64,000 nucleotides of DNA from Candidatus Zhuqueibacterota bacterium. GTDB lineage: Bacteria; Zhuqueibacterota; Zhuqueibacteria; Thermofontimicrobiales; Thermofontimicrobiaceae. A program made the position numbers and the translations under genes. Numbering within the stretch: position 1 is the stretch's first letter; the number at the start of each line of letters is the position of its first letter. Under the pieces are notes generated by a model, which worked only from the letters and a program-made list of their open reading frames with translations, had not been told where the DNA came from and did not search any database. This document shows positions 20,619 to 32,238 of the stretch, in pieces. The stretch spans positions 573,527 to 637,526 of the forward strand of contig JBMOPW010000014.1 of the NCBI GenBank assembly GCA_049322915.1, given 5' to 3'.

Positions 20619-21152
20619 CTAATTTTTGGTGATGTATAGTTTCAATTTTTTAAAATGCTCGGCAAGACTTGCATTGTATTCTTGCCCATCCATTTCAATG
20701 ATAATACCACCGATAATTGATTTGTCCACGGTGTTTTCGATGACAACATTCGCCGCCTTGTAGCTCGAAATCGTCTGCATCAATTCGCGCAGCGCTTCGT
20801 CTGTCAACGGCAGCGCGGTGATGACATTCGCCCGAACCCGGTTTTGCGCCCGGTCGTTCAGTTCGCGATAGGCCAGAAAAATCTGCTGCAGCATATCGGC
20901 GCGTTTGTTTTTCAATACGACCAATAGAAAATTGAAGAACAAAGGAGAATACTGATCCCGGAAAAGCTCCGAAATCAATTTTTCCCGATGCAAATCATTG
21001 GGATATTTCAGCAGGGAATGAAGCTCGCTGCTACTCTCGATTTGCTTCAGGAACGATTCGAATTCACCCAGGATTGAATCCACGAGGCGATTTTCCTGCG
21101 ACAATTCGAACAGCGCTTTGGCATAGCGTTTTGCTGTTGACGTGATTATCAT
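20619..21152 (-). CDS. atpH: ATP synthase delta
   Basis: AKRYAKALF, VDKSIIGG. Confidence 0.95.
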   Translation of the reverse strand: MIITSTAKRYAKALFELSQENRLVDSILGEFESFLKQIESSSELHSLLKYPNDLHREKLISELFRDQYSPLFFNFLLVVLKNKRADMLQQIFLAYRELNDRAQNRVRANVITALPLTDEALRELMQTISSYKAANVVIENTVDKSIIGGIIIEMDGQEYNASLAEHFKKLKLYITKN

Positions 21153-21643
21153 CGTGCTTGACTTAATTCGTTCACGGATTTCTCAATTAATCGAAGATGG
21201 TTTTTGTCTGTCAGGGTCTCACGGAGAACCTTTTCTGCAGCGGCCAATGAGATTTCCACTGCATATTTTTTTACATCGTTGATAGCGGCATCTTTGCTGA
21301 GATCGATCTCTTGCTTCGCCCGTTCTAACATTTTCTCCGCTTCAACTCGGGCTTTCTCAACGATTTCCTTGCGGACCTTTTCAGCATTTTTCTTGCTTTC
21401 ATTGAGCATCTGAATGGATTCCCTGCGCACTTTATCCAGCAAAACTTTCTGCTCATCAAGATATTTTTGAGCTTCTTGTTGATCCTGCTCTGCCTGAGAT
21501 AATGCGGCCTTGATTTTATTCTCACGATCTTCCAGCGTCTTGAGAATCGGTTTCCATGCATATTTTTTCAACACCAATAAAAGCAAAATGAATGTGACAA
21601 CCGTCCAGAAGATTGACCCGGTATTTGGTTCTAATAAACCCAT
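21149..21643 (-). CDS. atpF: ATP synthase Fo b
   Basis: TM helix then WKPILKTLEDRE coiled coil. Confidence 0.95.
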   Translation of the reverse strand: MGLLEPNTGSIFWTVVTFILLLLVLKKYAWKPILKTLEDRENKIKAALSQAEQDQQEAQKYLDEQKVLLDKVRRESIQMLNESKKNAEKVRKEIVEKARVEAEKMLERAKQEIDLSKDAAINDVKKYAVEISLAAAEKVLRETLTDKNHLRLIEKSVNELSQAR

Positions 21644-21724
21644 GAATAGATTTCCTGATTAATGATGTCTGATTACACCAGGAGTTGAGACGCACGTTGT
21701 ATTCGTCTCAAATCTCAGTATCGT

Positions 21725-21952
21725 TTATTTGAAGCTGAGCAAAAAGCAAATGACCAATGCCAGCAGGGCCACGCCTTCGATCATGGCGGCGGTGATAATC
21801 ATAACGCCACGGATGTCTTCTGTCGCTTCCGGCTGTCTGGCAATACTTTCCACCGATGCCTTTGCAATCTGGCTAATTCCGAATGCGCCGCTGAACGCAG
21901 CTCCTACAGCACCAATACCTGCGGCTAAAAATGCCCATGCAGTCTCTGTCAT
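21725..21952 (-). CDS. atpE: ATP synthase Fo c
   Basis: ARQPEA loop, AMIEG. Confidence 0.96.
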   Translation of the reverse strand: MTETAWAFLAAGIGAVGAAFSGAFGISQIAKASVESIARQPEATEDIRGVMIITAAMIEGVALLALVICFLLSFK

Positions 21953-21995
21953 AAATCCTCCTTAAAAGTTAAAATTAGCTATTGAAGTAATTTTC

Positions 21996-22826
21996 TTAAT
22001 GATGCGGGTTCACCGCCAAGCCGATGAACACCGCAGAAAGAATTGTAAAAATATATGCCTGAATTAAAGCGATTAAAATTTCAAGTAGACTTACAAATAA
22101 AATTCCCAGTACCGGCAGGGGTGAGATCAGGAAATTCTTGAACATGAAGATCAGGCCCATGATGGTGAATATGACCAGGTGGCCGGCAACCATATTGGCA
22201 AAAAGTCGAATGGCCAGCGCGAAATGCTTCGTCAGCATGCCCAGGATTTCAACGACGAAAATAAGCGGAACGACAGCTTTGGGCAGGCCGGACGGGATGA
22301 AACTTTTTACATACCCCTTCAATCCATTTTTTCGGATGCTGGAAAATTGCACCAAAAACAGCGTGATGAGCGCCAGACCGGCTGTGATGGAAATGTTGCC
22401 GGTGGCCGTTGCTCCCATTGGCACCAGACCTAATAAATTGCAGGTGATGATGAAGAAGAAAGCGGTCAGCAAATAGGGAGCAAATTTATAAGCGTCTGCG
22501 CCGAGATTTGGCTGAATGACGGTGTCCTTCAGGAAGACGACAATCCATTCGATGAAGTTCACCGGCCCTTTGGGCGCCAGGGCGCGACTTCGGATGATTG
22601 CCGGCAACAGCGTCATCAAAATCGCCGCGGCAATCCAGATCATGATAATGTGTTTGGTGATGGAAAGGTCGAAATTGAAAAGATGGATGGGAATCACAAC
22701 GTGGTCCTGAACGTGGTGCATAATGAATTCTTTGATTTCATCGCTTCCCTGCTCAGCGTGTTCGCCATGCTCTTGTACCAATCTGACTAAAAAACCTGCA
22801 AAATTCCCATGAACAAAACCGATCAT
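21996..22826 (-). CDS. atpB: ATP synthase Fo a
   Basis: LAIRLFANMVAGH, IQAYIF. Confidence 0.96.
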   Translation of the reverse strand: MIGFVHGNFAGFLVRLVQEHGEHAEQGSDEIKEFIMHHVQDHVVIPIHLFNFDLSITKHIIMIWIAAAILMTLLPAIIRSRALAPKGPVNFIEWIVVFLKDTVIQPNLGADAYKFAPYLLTAFFFIITCNLLGLVPMGATATGNISITAGLALITLFLVQFSSIRKNGLKGYVKSFIPSGLPKAVVPLIFVVEILGMLTKHFALAIRLFANMVAGHLVIFTIMGLIFMFKNFLISPLPVLGILFVSLLEILIALIQAYIFTILSAVFIGLAVNPHH

Positions 22827-23212
22827 TTTTTCCCTTTTGAGATGGTGGCACTGATAAATCGTATTTCGAAAAATTGATAAACAAGATAAAACACAAAAAA
22901 GAAAACGATAAAAATAAGGATGTCAATTTCAGTGAATTTAAGAATGACAAATATCGCTGCGCCGATGAGCGCGAAGCGGAGGATCATTCCTCCGAGGACG
23001 ATCCCCATTAACGTTTTCAACGGCTTTTTGAACGCCCAGTGGATGGAGAGAAATCCGAACAGGAATAAAAATAAACTGAAGCCATAGCCGGCAGCGACCC
23101 CGGAAAATAACGCCCGGTTATCCGTCAAGTACAACGCAAGAATTGCGCCAGCCGCCAGCACCAGACTGACGCCAGATAATTTGAGTATAATTTTTCCGGG
23201 TGTGTTCGCCAT
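22823..23212 (-). CDS. ATP synthase subunit I-like membrane protein
   Basis: 4 TM helices, first gene of atp operon, overlaps atpB. Confidence 0.7.
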   Translation of the reverse strand: MANTPGKIILKLSGVSLVLAAGAILALYLTDNRALFSGVAAGYGFSLFLFLFGFLSIHWAFKKPLKTLMGIVLGGMILRFALIGAAIFVILKFTEIDILIFIVFFFVFYLVYQFFEIRFISATISKGKK

Positions 23213-23361
23213 GAGTCATTGTTTTATTCGATTTCGGACCTGGATTGCCACGTGACAGAATCTCGGTTGGACTCTGCGTTGACGAACCAACGTCGTTCCT
23301 GCTCGTTGCGCAACCTCAACATCGTTAAAACAGCCTGTTTCATTCGTTTCAAATTTTCGAT

Positions 23362-23390
23362 ATTTTACGAAATTATCAGGTGAATGTCAA
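23362..23390 (-). promoter_or_regulatory. sigma70 promoter of atp operon
   Basis: TTGACA-N17-TAAAAT on minus strand. Confidence 0.65.
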
Positions 23391-23461
23391 GCGAATATTT
23401 TGTCAATAAAACCAATTTCCAGGTTTGGAGATTGCCCTCCTATCCTCGTTCTGCATTTATA

Positions 23462-24955
23462 TTAAAAAAATATGATGGTCACAAGGATGAAAATGGGTAT
23501 TAAAATAAGAAAAGAATAAGCCATGTAACCAAAGAATCCCGGCATTTTAATTCCGCCTTCTTCAGCAATCGATTTGACCATAAAATTGGGAGCGTTGCCA
23601 ATATAGGTGTTTGCTCCCATGAACACAGCGCCGCAGGAGATGGCCATGAGGTAAACTGCCTTATTGGCGATTAACTCGCGAATGGCTTCTCGTTCCGGCA
23701 TGCCAGGGTAAAAATTACCCAGCTCTGTATTTAAAAATGTCAGATAGGTGGGGGCATTATCCAGAAAACTGGAGAGTATGCCGCTCCCCCAGAAATAGTG
23801 CGCCGGCTCTTTCACCGATTTGATGATGAATCCAAGATTCCCGGCGATACCGGCTTTCAACATCAGCAGCGCGGGAATGATGGTCATGAAAATTCCGGCG
23901 AACAGGATCGCAACCTCTTTGATGGGGAACCAGGTGAATCCGTTTCCATCGCGAATATTTTTCGGGGTGAAATAAATCGATAACGCGCCCATCAACAGCA
24001 GCAGCAGGTCACGCAGAAGATTTTGCAGATCTAATTGAATGCCGAGAACAGGAAACGAACCCGGGTGCAGGAGTCCACTCATCAGCACAGCGCCCACGAC
24101 GCCGACCAAAAACAGGGCGTTGTAGAGACCTCTGATTTTGAGTGTGGGTGACGAAGTATCTCCTGCAGTTAGATCGCGCGTTACTACCTCGATCGTCGCT
24201 TTCATGCGGGCCGCATATTCCTGACGATAGAGGCGCATATCGAAAATGTAGAACAGTGCCAGCAGGATGCCAGAAACAAAAAGCATCGGCCAGATCAGGT
24301 TCAGAGTCCAGAAAAACGGGACGCCATGAAGGAATCCCAGGAATAACGGTGGATCACCGAGCGGAGTCAACGAACCCCCGATATTGCTCACCAGGAAAAT
24401 GAAGAACACAATGATGTGCACTTTATTTTTTCTATCTTCGTTAGCGCGAAGCACCGGGCGAATGAGAAGCATGGAGGCCCCGGTGGTTCCGATCCAGGAG
24501 GCGATGACGGTTCCGATGAAAAGGAAAAGCACGTTGAGCGACGGCGTCCCTTTGAACTTACCCTCGATTAGAATGCCGCCGGATATAGTGAACAGAGACC
24601 AGAGAAGGATGATAAACGGAATATAGTCCAGCAAATAGATATGAAGAATTTCATGGAACGCGTCATGGCCGTAACCGGCGACAAACGGTATGGCTAAGAT
24701 CAGCGACCAGAATGCCGATACTTTTCCAAAATGATGATGCCAGAATTTTGGGGCAAAAATTGGAAACAAGGCAATGGACAAGAGAATCCCCACAAACGGC
24801 AGCGCGCTCCACAGCGGCAATGTTTCCCCTAACGTTGAGGTATGTGGCGCGCTATGGTCGCCTTCAGGCAGTGCATGATTCTGATTGTGGAAAACGAACG
24901 CATAGACTGCAAGTATGAGAATAATCACGACAAGAGAGATGATTATTTTTTTCAT
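23462..24955 (-). CDS. Sodium:proton antiporter (IT superfamily)
   Basis: SNIGGSLTPLGDPPLFLG, SSFLDNAPTY, TYIGNAPNFMV; multi-TM. Confidence 0.85.
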   Translation of the reverse strand: MKKIIISLVVIILILAVYAFVFHNQNHALPEGDHSAPHTSTLGETLPLWSALPFVGILLSIALFPIFAPKFWHHHFGKVSAFWSLILAIPFVAGYGHDAFHEILHIYLLDYIPFIILLWSLFTISGGILIEGKFKGTPSLNVLFLFIGTVIASWIGTTGASMLLIRPVLRANEDRKNKVHIIVFFIFLVSNIGGSLTPLGDPPLFLGFLHGVPFFWTLNLIWPMLFVSGILLALFYIFDMRLYRQEYAARMKATIEVVTRDLTAGDTSSPTLKIRGLYNALFLVGVVGAVLMSGLLHPGSFPVLGIQLDLQNLLRDLLLLLMGALSIYFTPKNIRDGNGFTWFPIKEVAILFAGIFMTIIPALLMLKAGIAGNLGFIIKSVKEPAHYFWGSGILSSFLDNAPTYLTFLNTELGNFYPGMPEREAIRELIANKAVYLMAISCGAVFMGANTYIGNAPNFMVKSIAEEGGIKMPGFFGYMAYSFLILIPIFILVTIIFF

Positions 24956-25483
24956 ACGGATGATATGCTCCCGTGAATGTTGTTACAGCTATGGTTGTCA
25001 TTCAATGTATTATCAGTGGACAATCTTTAATGGGTCGATCGAAAGCCTATTGAACGACTCAGTCAATGTATGGTTCCGGATCGAATTGGTATAAACAGGA
25101 TGCTTTGCTTTTCGCTGTTCGCGATGAAAGGATTAATATAACATGTTAATAATAAAAGTCAAGAAATAAATGCGCCAGCATGATTTTATTAAACTATTTT
25201 CATTTTGGATTACATGATCGCGCTGGATATTTATCCAGTGAGGGGAATGGATTGGAACGCAAATTCCCTGATAGCCGCACCGTTCGGGGTGAATAGTCCG
25301 AATGATCGGTTGGCAAACTTTGCATATTATAAAGGACTGAACAGTAACTGGATTGAATAAAAAACCTGCCCGGGCCGTTCATTCCAAAGAATGAAATATT
25401 GTGCCGGAGCAGGTTTTGTCCGAATTGATGATGAAAGAAATCGCCCGGCCGGGTGGGAGTGGCCGCGTCGATACCGTGATCCA

Positions 25484-26077
25484 TTAATGAATTCGGAAAT
25501 CCTTGCCTTCGACGTAATCTTCGACCAAATACCAGAAGTCCTCGATGTCCAGGGTCATGACGATGAGATCGCGTCGCCGATTTCGGATATCCGTGACTTG
25601 TTTCCGAAATGTAGCCTCTTTGCGAAAGCCCAGTTTTTCAAAAGCAGCAATGGCCGATTCCTGAGTCTCCATCATTTCAGCTTGAATTTTATAAATTTTT
25701 ACTTTGAGGGCATGGAAGAAAATCTCACGAACGAAGATGGTCGCCAGCCCTTTGCGCTGAAAATCAGGAGAGATGACCACCCGAATTTCTCCCAGGTTCC
25801 GCTTCCACCCGAACTCGGCCCGATCCAGGGTTGCAATACCGACAATTGTATTGTCGTTCACAGCAATGATCGGGTAGGTATGATTGTAATCCAGGTTGCT
25901 GAAGCGGCGTTGAACATTCCGCTCATCCGTGATATCGAACCGAAGGAACAGCCGGTCGGATTCCGGTATTGATTTATAAAATTGAGCCAACCGGCTAACA
26001 TCATCTCTCACAAGCAACTGCAACTGCACCGATTTCTTGTCTTTTAGCTTCACAGTTTTTGGATATTCTGCCATCAC
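25484..26077 (-). CDS. GNAT family N-acetyltransferase
   Basis: FQRKGLAT motif A, FEKLGF. Confidence 0.85.
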   Translation of the reverse strand: MMAEYPKTVKLKDKKSVQLQLLVRDDVSRLAQFYKSIPESDRLFLRFDITDERNVQRRFSNLDYNHTYPIIAVNDNTIVGIATLDRAEFGWKRNLGEIRVVISPDFQRKGLATIFVREIFFHALKVKIYKIQAEMMETQESAIAAFEKLGFRKEATFRKQVTDIRNRRRDLIVMTLDIEDFWYLVEDYVEGKDFRIH

Positions 26078-26680
26078 GTACCTCCTTATTAGTATGTGCG
26101 TAACGTTAGAAATTAACCATGTCTGAAATTCAATGAATTAAATCAGATGCGTAGAATGATTTCCATGGGAGGTCAACACAATCCATTCAGTGATCAATGT
26201 AGCGACGACTTCTGCGCCATGCAAAAAGGCGCCCGGCACTGAACCTTATTATAAATGCAAAATCAATGACTGTTATCGCGAGGGTGCTATTCAGAAAAGA
26301 ATTAAATAATCTTATTGCACCCAATTGACATGAGCATGATTCGTTGAATAGGATGAGTCGTATGGTAGAAAAACGCAAGCAGCGCAGATATTCGGTTCTG
26401 AAAGCGACAGCAGGAAACAATCTGCAGGAAGGGATTCGTCGGAAAGAGCGTTGTAATTTTCGCCACAGCTACCAATGAAAGATACTGGTTACATAATAAG
26501 AAAAAAACCGAAAAAGTCAAGAGGTTTTTCTGAACGAGCGAGACGATTCTTTTCACAGGTGGCTTGATGCGATCGCACAGCCGTCCGGGGGAGTAGAGAT
26601 GTAACAATGGATGGCGGCGATGCGCTCAGTGTGAGATACCGGCAGGGTAAGTGATTTTTTCAGTGATGTAAGCCGTTGGA

Positions 26681-27487
26681 TTAAAATACAAAAATGGCCG
26701 TGACCATCAGACCGTCGGATCCGGCGGGTTCAATTTTCACAGCGGAGACACCGGGCAGATCCCTTGGGTCGGATTTTGCAATGAGCGCGTCGAAAAAGGA
26801 GTAGAGCCAAATGCCGGCGGTGCACAGGGCAAGGCCGTTTCTCCATTTGTACAGAGCATTATAACGATCATATCGCGATTCAATATCACTTGGATCAGTG
26901 GCCTCGAGATACGCGTCGTGGGCGTTATTCTGGAGTATGTGAAGCATGCCGGTTCCGAAAATTGACAGGCCCGCAGCGCCAGCCAGACTGTAACCTTTGC
27001 GTTTTTCCTTCTTGTACAACTGCCCCCAGCCAGGCAGCGCCAATGACCGCAATGCTGCTGCCGGACGGGGATCGCGAATCAAAATATACCGCGGCGGCTG
27101 TGCTGTATTTGATGCATTTTCAGGAGTGGATTGAATATAGCGCAGCTTTTGCTCGTTAAAAAATTGGATGATCTTGGGCGAAACATACACGGAATCTAAC
27201 TGGGCATTGTCATCGATGGACAGGGCCGATTCGAATTGATTTTTCGCCACGTCCATATCGCCCTCTGAATATGCAATGACGCCAAGGATTTTATGCGTCT
27301 CGGCCAATTGATACAGGCTATGCGAGGCGTAATCCGAAGTGATTTTCTGTCCCAACGCCTTGGCTGTTTGATAATCTAACTGTTGGTACGCTCTGAGCAG
27401 TTGGTCATACGGTGACTGCCGGGACTGAGAAAGCCCAATGCTGGCGATCGAGAAAAGGAAAAGCGCTAATAACTTGCAACGGGTCAT
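26681..27487 (-). CDS. TPR + DUF5683-like membrane protein
   Basis: Signal peptide, TPR-like helices, RSLALPGWGQLY. Confidence 0.7.
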   Translation of the reverse strand: MTRCKLLALFLFSIASIGLSQSRQSPYDQLLRAYQQLDYQTAKALGQKITSDYASHSLYQLAETHKILGVIAYSEGDMDVAKNQFESALSIDDNAQLDSVYVSPKIIQFFNEQKLRYIQSTPENASNTAQPPRYILIRDPRPAAALRSLALPGWGQLYKKEKRKGYSLAGAAGLSIFGTGMLHILQNNAHDAYLEATDPSDIESRYDRYNALYKWRNGLALCTAGIWLYSFFDALIAKSDPRDLPGVSAVKIEPAGSDGLMVTAIFVF

Positions 27488-27766
27488 CTGGTTATTTCTT
27501 GAAATGTTGTCTGATAGGATGAATGGAAATATGTAATTTCACGAACCCGGCTATCCGTCCCTGTATGAACGTTAGCGGCAGGCTCTGCAAAATAGGCATT
27601 GCCTTTCGCCAACGGATGCAACTCACTGACCTCATATAATAAGTCATCGCTGCCGGTTTCAGCAGGGAGCTGTTGATGCGGGCGATGTAAGCATTGCATG
27701 GCGATGAATTGGACGGATGCACCTTCCGGGATGCGGTCTATTAAACTCGCCGGGGGTATTAATGGT

Positions 27767-29041
27767 TCACTTGATCAGACTCATTCTCAACACATCGGGC
27801 CTGGAATGCGCTGAAGTGAGCCGTGCGAAATAAATCCCTGACTCCAATGTGCGGCCGAATGCATCGCAGCCATCCCAGAAAATCTGATGCCGGCCGGGTT
27901 GCACGAAGTCCAGGTCAAATGCTCGGAGAGCAGCGCCGAGTATGTTGAAAATTTCAAGCCGAATTTCCTTCTGGCCAGAAACGATTTCGAATTCAATGAC
28001 AGTGCCGGCGTTGAACGGATTGGGGTAATTTCCCAACAGGCCGAAATGATCCGGGAGACCGGGCAAATCGGTTGCTGCCGCAACAGAGGACGAATTGTAG
28101 GTCATACACTGAGCCGTGCTGAGCACGCCGCTTGTTTCATTCAGACCGCCGAAAATATAAATATTACCATCGTATTCCACGGCGCTCAATCCGGCCCGGG
28201 GAGAAGTCAGCGTTACAGCCAGCGTGGCCCAAGTATCGGATTCGACATTATAAAAATCGATGGAATCCAGTGTACCGGTGATTCCGTAGCCGCCCAGGCA
28301 GAAGATAGAATCCCGGACAGCGACGCCGGCGAAGTAAAATCGCTCGCGGGGCAGAGGACTGAGCCACAACGAACCGTGGCCGCTCTGGTACATCTCCAAT
28401 TGATTCAACGGCGCGACAGAGACTCCGCCAAAGGTGAAGACCATATTGTGAATGACCAGTGACTGCATGGCGACGCGGGGCGTTCGCAAACGCCAGTGAT
28501 TGGAAACCTTCCACGACGATGATTGTTCGTGCCAGAATTCGACGACATCCAATGGCTGAGTTATCCAGCCATTGCCGCTTGTGCCGCCCAAAACAAATAG
28601 CGTATCGTTTAACACAACCGAGGTCAATCCCTCCCGCTCATAATTCATCGCTTCGAAGTCATGCCATGAATTTGTTTGAGGGTCATAATATTCAACGCTG
28701 TTCAGTTTGTTCGTCAAAAAACCGCTGCCGCCAAAGACAAAAATTTTGCCCTGATGGACCAATGCCGATGCATTGAATCGGGGCGTTTTCATTTCAGGCA
28801 CATCGTCCAGCCATTGGCCGCTGCTTAAATCGAAGCAGTCCACTTCGCTCATTGTCATGTTCAGCCGACTTTTTCCACCGATAATCCATATCTTCCCCTG
28901 AAAGACGACTGAACAATGGCCGTAGCGGGCCGTCGGCATGTCGGGCAGGTTCGTCCATTCCCATGTCTGCGAAAAGCCGGGAAGGGTCATTGCCAACATC
29001 CAGAGGCTCAGTATAAAGGCGTATCTTCTCATATCATTCAC
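27767..29041 (-). CDS. Kelch-repeat secreted protein with FlgD/T9SS-like C-terminal domain
   Basis: Six Kelch GG motifs (IWIIGG, IFVFGG...), NYPNPFN...WDG...SGIY. Confidence 0.88.
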   Translation of the reverse strand: MNDMRRYAFILSLWMLAMTLPGFSQTWEWTNLPDMPTARYGHCSVVFQGKIWIIGGKSRLNMTMSEVDCFDLSSGQWLDDVPEMKTPRFNASALVHQGKIFVFGGSGFLTNKLNSVEYYDPQTNSWHDFEAMNYEREGLTSVVLNDTLFVLGGTSGNGWITQPLDVVEFWHEQSSSWKVSNHWRLRTPRVAMQSLVIHNMVFTFGGVSVAPLNQLEMYQSGHGSLWLSPLPRERFYFAGVAVRDSIFCLGGYGITGTLDSIDFYNVESDTWATLAVTLTSPRAGLSAVEYDGNIYIFGGLNETSGVLSTAQCMTYNSSSVAAATDLPGLPDHFGLLGNYPNPFNAGTVIEFEIVSGQKEIRLEIFNILGAALRAFDLDFVQPGRHQIFWDGCDAFGRTLESGIYFARLTSAHSRPDVLRMSLIK

Positions 29042-29102
29042 AACTCAATTCTATAGTGTCATGAGGCTCAAAAAATATTCTGATATTTTTCAATAAAGTA
29101 AT

Positions 29103-29118
29103 TTCAAAAAATATGCCA
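29103..29118 (-). promoter_or_regulatory. Putative sigma54 (-24/-12) promoter of Kelch gene
   Basis: TGGCAT-ATTTT-TTGAA (GG-N10-GA variant) next to a sigma54 activator gene. Confidence 0.45.
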
Positions 29119-29120
29119 GA

Positions 29121-30767
29121 TTAGCGTCGTGGCTGAAGGTAGATATTTTTCCGAAGCGTCTCACCGACCGCAACGAATACCTGTTCGCGCGCCACGTCCA
29201 ACTGGGGATGGCGAACCATGAGCTCGTGCAGGCCAGGCGTCAGTTTGACGGGACGGTTGTTCGGAATAGGGCTGATGTCGACCGAGTCCCCATCGATCCA
29301 GATTTCACCCCAGGGCACGACAGAAATTTGAAGATAACCCACCTCGCGCCATAAGTCGATGTGAATTATTTGCACAGACTGCGCATAATTTGATAGATGT
29401 TTACGGATGACCGGGAATACCGGATTCCGAAATTCCAGGTGGCGCGACGTGTCCTTCGGCGCCATGCGTATTTTCACCGGCGTGATGCCCAGTGAATCTT
29501 CTCCCCAGAAGACAAACGCCCGGGGATCGCTGGTAATGACCATCTCCTGCGTTTTCATTGCGGACGGGAGGTCGGTTCGCGAAGGGATGGAATTATCATG
29601 AATCGTCTCACCCCCGGACGCAGCGTCGGAACGATCTGCCGGAGTTGTTCGATCGAATCGCTGCAATGAATCCTCAGCCGCGCCTGCGTGCAGCGAGTCC
29701 AATCCTTCGGTTTCGGATCCCGCGGCATTATCCTGATGCATCGAATCCGCTGCATTGAAAATAAATTGTCGCCGAAGGCCGGGCACGCTGACGAGAGTCA
29801 CGATCAACGCCAGGATGAGACCGGCAACCAGCAGCGCCGTTGCTCTCCGCTTTTTCCTGCCCACCGGTTGAACCGGGATTTCGGCCGCAACAGGCATCAG
29901 GGTTGATGGTTGATGCTGATCCGGGTTGGCAACATAGTTCCCTAAAATTTGCTTGCCTACCGGTCGTGCTAATTGCGAGGATAGCTGATCCAACCGGGAG
30001 TTCAATTCCCTGGCGCTCTCCACGCGATCCGCCGGATTCTTGCTGATGAGCATTTCGATGAGCGCGGAAAACGGGCCTGGCAAATCACGGTTGACTGCGC
30101 CCGGGGGCATGGGTTTCAAATTGACAATCCGATTCAGGACGGTGTGCATGGTTTCTGCGGCGAAGGGGTTTTCGCCTGTGAGCATTTCATAGCCCACAAT
30201 GCCCAGCGAATAGAGGTCGCTGCGAAAATCCACAGCGGATCCGAGTACGAGTTCCGGGGGCAGATACGCCGGCGTTCCCTGAATTTCGGTTCCCGTGTTT
30301 TTGAGCGAGGTCGAAAAGCCCAGGTCGCCGAGCTTCACATCGCCCTGACTGGAGATGAAAATGTTCTCCGGTTTGATGTCCTGATGGATTATCTGATGAT
30401 CGTGAATGGCGGCCAGCGCTTCGGACAATTGGCGCAGAATGAAAAGCGCGACATCCCAGGGAATGGTTGCATTGCGGCCGATAATTTCAGCCAGTGTGTC
30501 GCCTTCGATGAACTCGGTCACCAGAAAGGGGATGCCATCCTCTTCGCCGAAATCAAAGATGGTGATCACATTCGGCGATTTCATTTTGGCCAGGACAAGG
30601 CCTTCCTGTTTGAATCGGCCAAGCAATTCCGCATCCCCGACGATTTCAGGGTTCAGTTGTTTGAGCAACACCACGCGCTGCAATTCGGTCTGAACCGCCT
30701 TGTACACGTGGGTGATTGGCCCGCGCTGGATCTCTGAGAAAATCTGGTACTTACCGATCTTCTTCAT
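29121..30767 (-). CDS. Membrane Ser/Thr protein kinase with PEGA-like C-terminus
   Basis: HQDIKPENI, KLGDLG, GTPAYLPPE, SDLYSLG, TM helix. Confidence 0.9.
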   Translation of the reverse strand: MKKIGKYQIFSEIQRGPITHVYKAVQTELQRVVLLKQLNPEIVGDAELLGRFKQEGLVLAKMKSPNVITIFDFGEEDGIPFLVTEFIEGDTLAEIIGRNATIPWDVALFILRQLSEALAAIHDHQIIHQDIKPENIFISSQGDVKLGDLGFSTSLKNTGTEIQGTPAYLPPELVLGSAVDFRSDLYSLGIVGYEMLTGENPFAAETMHTVLNRIVNLKPMPPGAVNRDLPGPFSALIEMLISKNPADRVESARELNSRLDQLSSQLARPVGKQILGNYVANPDQHQPSTLMPVAAEIPVQPVGRKKRRATALLVAGLILALIVTLVSVPGLRRQFIFNAADSMHQDNAAGSETEGLDSLHAGAAEDSLQRFDRTTPADRSDAASGGETIHDNSIPSRTDLPSAMKTQEMVITSDPRAFVFWGEDSLGITPVKIRMAPKDTSRHLEFRNPVFPVIRKHLSNYAQSVQIIHIDLWREVGYLQISVVPWGEIWIDGDSVDISPIPNNRPVKLTPGLHELMVRHPQLDVAREQVFVAVGETLRKNIYLQPRR

Positions 30768-32235
30768 CCTTCCACTCCTTCAATCGATAATGGAGCCAGC
30801 GCCGGGAGACGCCCAACTGGTCGGCTGTCCGGGAGATATTATCGTCGTTTTCATCCAGTGTTTTCTGCACGATATATTTTTCAAAATCCTTCAACGACAT
30901 GTGTTCGGGCAATTGGATTTCTGCCTGGGGCAGATGCAATTGCTCCGGCTGAATGAGCGCGTCCTTGGTCAAAATGACCGCGCGTTCGATGGTGTTTTCC
31001 AACTCCCGAATATTGCCGGGCCAGGCATACTGATTCAGACGCTTCAGCGCCTCCGGGCTGAATCCTCTGATCGATTTGCCGGATTTGGCAGTGAATTTAT
31101 CCAGAAAGAAATTGGCCAGTAGTGGGATATCCTCTTTTCGCTCGCGAAGCGTCGGCAGGTGAATGACGATGACATTGAGCCGATAGTACAAATCCTCGCG
31201 GAACTGCCCGGCTTTCACCAGCCCGGCCAGGTCTTTATTGGTCGCGGCAATGATTCGTACATTCACATGGCGCACCTGAATTTCGCCGATGCGCTTCACT
31301 TCACCTTCCTGAACCACGCGCAATAGCTCGGTCTGAATTTTGTGGGACAGATCGCCGATTTCGTCCAGGAAAAACGAGCCGCCATCGGCCGCTTCGAACA
31401 GGCCTTTTTTATCGGCAGTGGCGCCGGTGAAGGCGCCTTTTTTATGGCCGAACAGCTCGCTCTCCAGCAGGTTTTCAGAGAGCGCGCCGCAAAACAACGC
31501 CATGAACGGCTTGTTCTTCCGAACGCTGTTGTAATGCAATGCCCGGGCGACCAGTTCCTTGCCTGTCCCGCTTTCGCCCAGTATCAGCACTGTGCTGTCC
31601 GAGTCGAGCACGCTGGTCATGATGTCGAAAACTTTTTTCATCGCCTGACTGCGCCCGATAATGCCCTCGAATCCATGCGCCTGCTGCACTTCTTTTCTCA
31701 AATGGCGATTCTCTTCGCGCATGCTTTCGTACAGTTCGGCATTTTCAATGGCGATCGCCGCCTGATGGGAAAACGCATTGAGGAACGGGATGACTTCCGC
31801 GGTGAAACCCTGGCGCGAGTTCTGGCTGTCCAGATAGATAGCGCCGATGGGACGGGATTTCATTGTCAGCGGCACCGCCGCGATCGACTGAATCCGTTGA
31901 ATGCGGATGCTCTCAGCGCCTTTGAATCGTTCATCCGCCAGCGCGTCGTAGCTGAGTACCGGCTCGCCGGTTTTCATCACCTGCTCCAGCACGCTGTTGG
32001 AAATCTGGCTCAAATCGAGGACCTGCTGTTCGGAGAGATTCTCTGCCACGCGCACATCGAATTTATGCGAATCATTCAGCATCAGAATAAATCCGCGTTC
32101 GGCGCCGATGACCTCCATGACTCGGCTCAGGATTTTCTTCAGCAGAGGATTGATTTCCTGGAGCGTATTTATTTCCTGGCTGATTTGCGACAATGCATCT
32201 AAGGGATTTTTCAATTTCTCGGTGAACCTTTCCAT
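30751..32235 (-). CDS. GAF + sigma54-interacting AAA+ Fis-type activator
   Basis: [31 protein letters not shown]. Confidence 0.95.
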   Translation of the reverse strand: MERFTEKLKNPLDALSQISQEINTLQEINPLLKKILSRVMEVIGAERGFILMLNDSHKFDVRVAENLSEQQVLDLSQISNSVLEQVMKTGEPVLSYDALADERFKGAESIRIQRIQSIAAVPLTMKSRPIGAIYLDSQNSRQGFTAEVIPFLNAFSHQAAIAIENAELYESMREENRHLRKEVQQAHGFEGIIGRSQAMKKVFDIMTSVLDSDSTVLILGESGTGKELVARALHYNSVRKNKPFMALFCGALSENLLESELFGHKKGAFTGATADKKGLFEAADGGSFFLDEIGDLSHKIQTELLRVVQEGEVKRIGEIQVRHVNVRIIAATNKDLAGLVKAGQFREDLYYRLNVIVIHLPTLRERKEDIPLLANFFLDKFTAKSGKSIRGFSPEALKRLNQYAWPGNIRELENTIERAVILTKDALIQPEQLHLPQAEIQLPEHMSLKDFEKYIVQKTLDENDDNISRTADQLGVSRRWLHYRLKEWKDEEDR

Positions 32236-32238
32236 AGC

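Noticed and set aside
21725..21952. Na+-coupled ATP synthase, suggested by the adjacent Na+/H+ antiporter
   Set aside because: The c subunit has EG, not the ES/T...Y sodium-binding signature; probably proton-coupled.
24956..25483. Riboswitch in long intergenic regions (also 26078-26680, 49747-50323)
   Set aside because: No recognisable riboswitch consensus by inspection.
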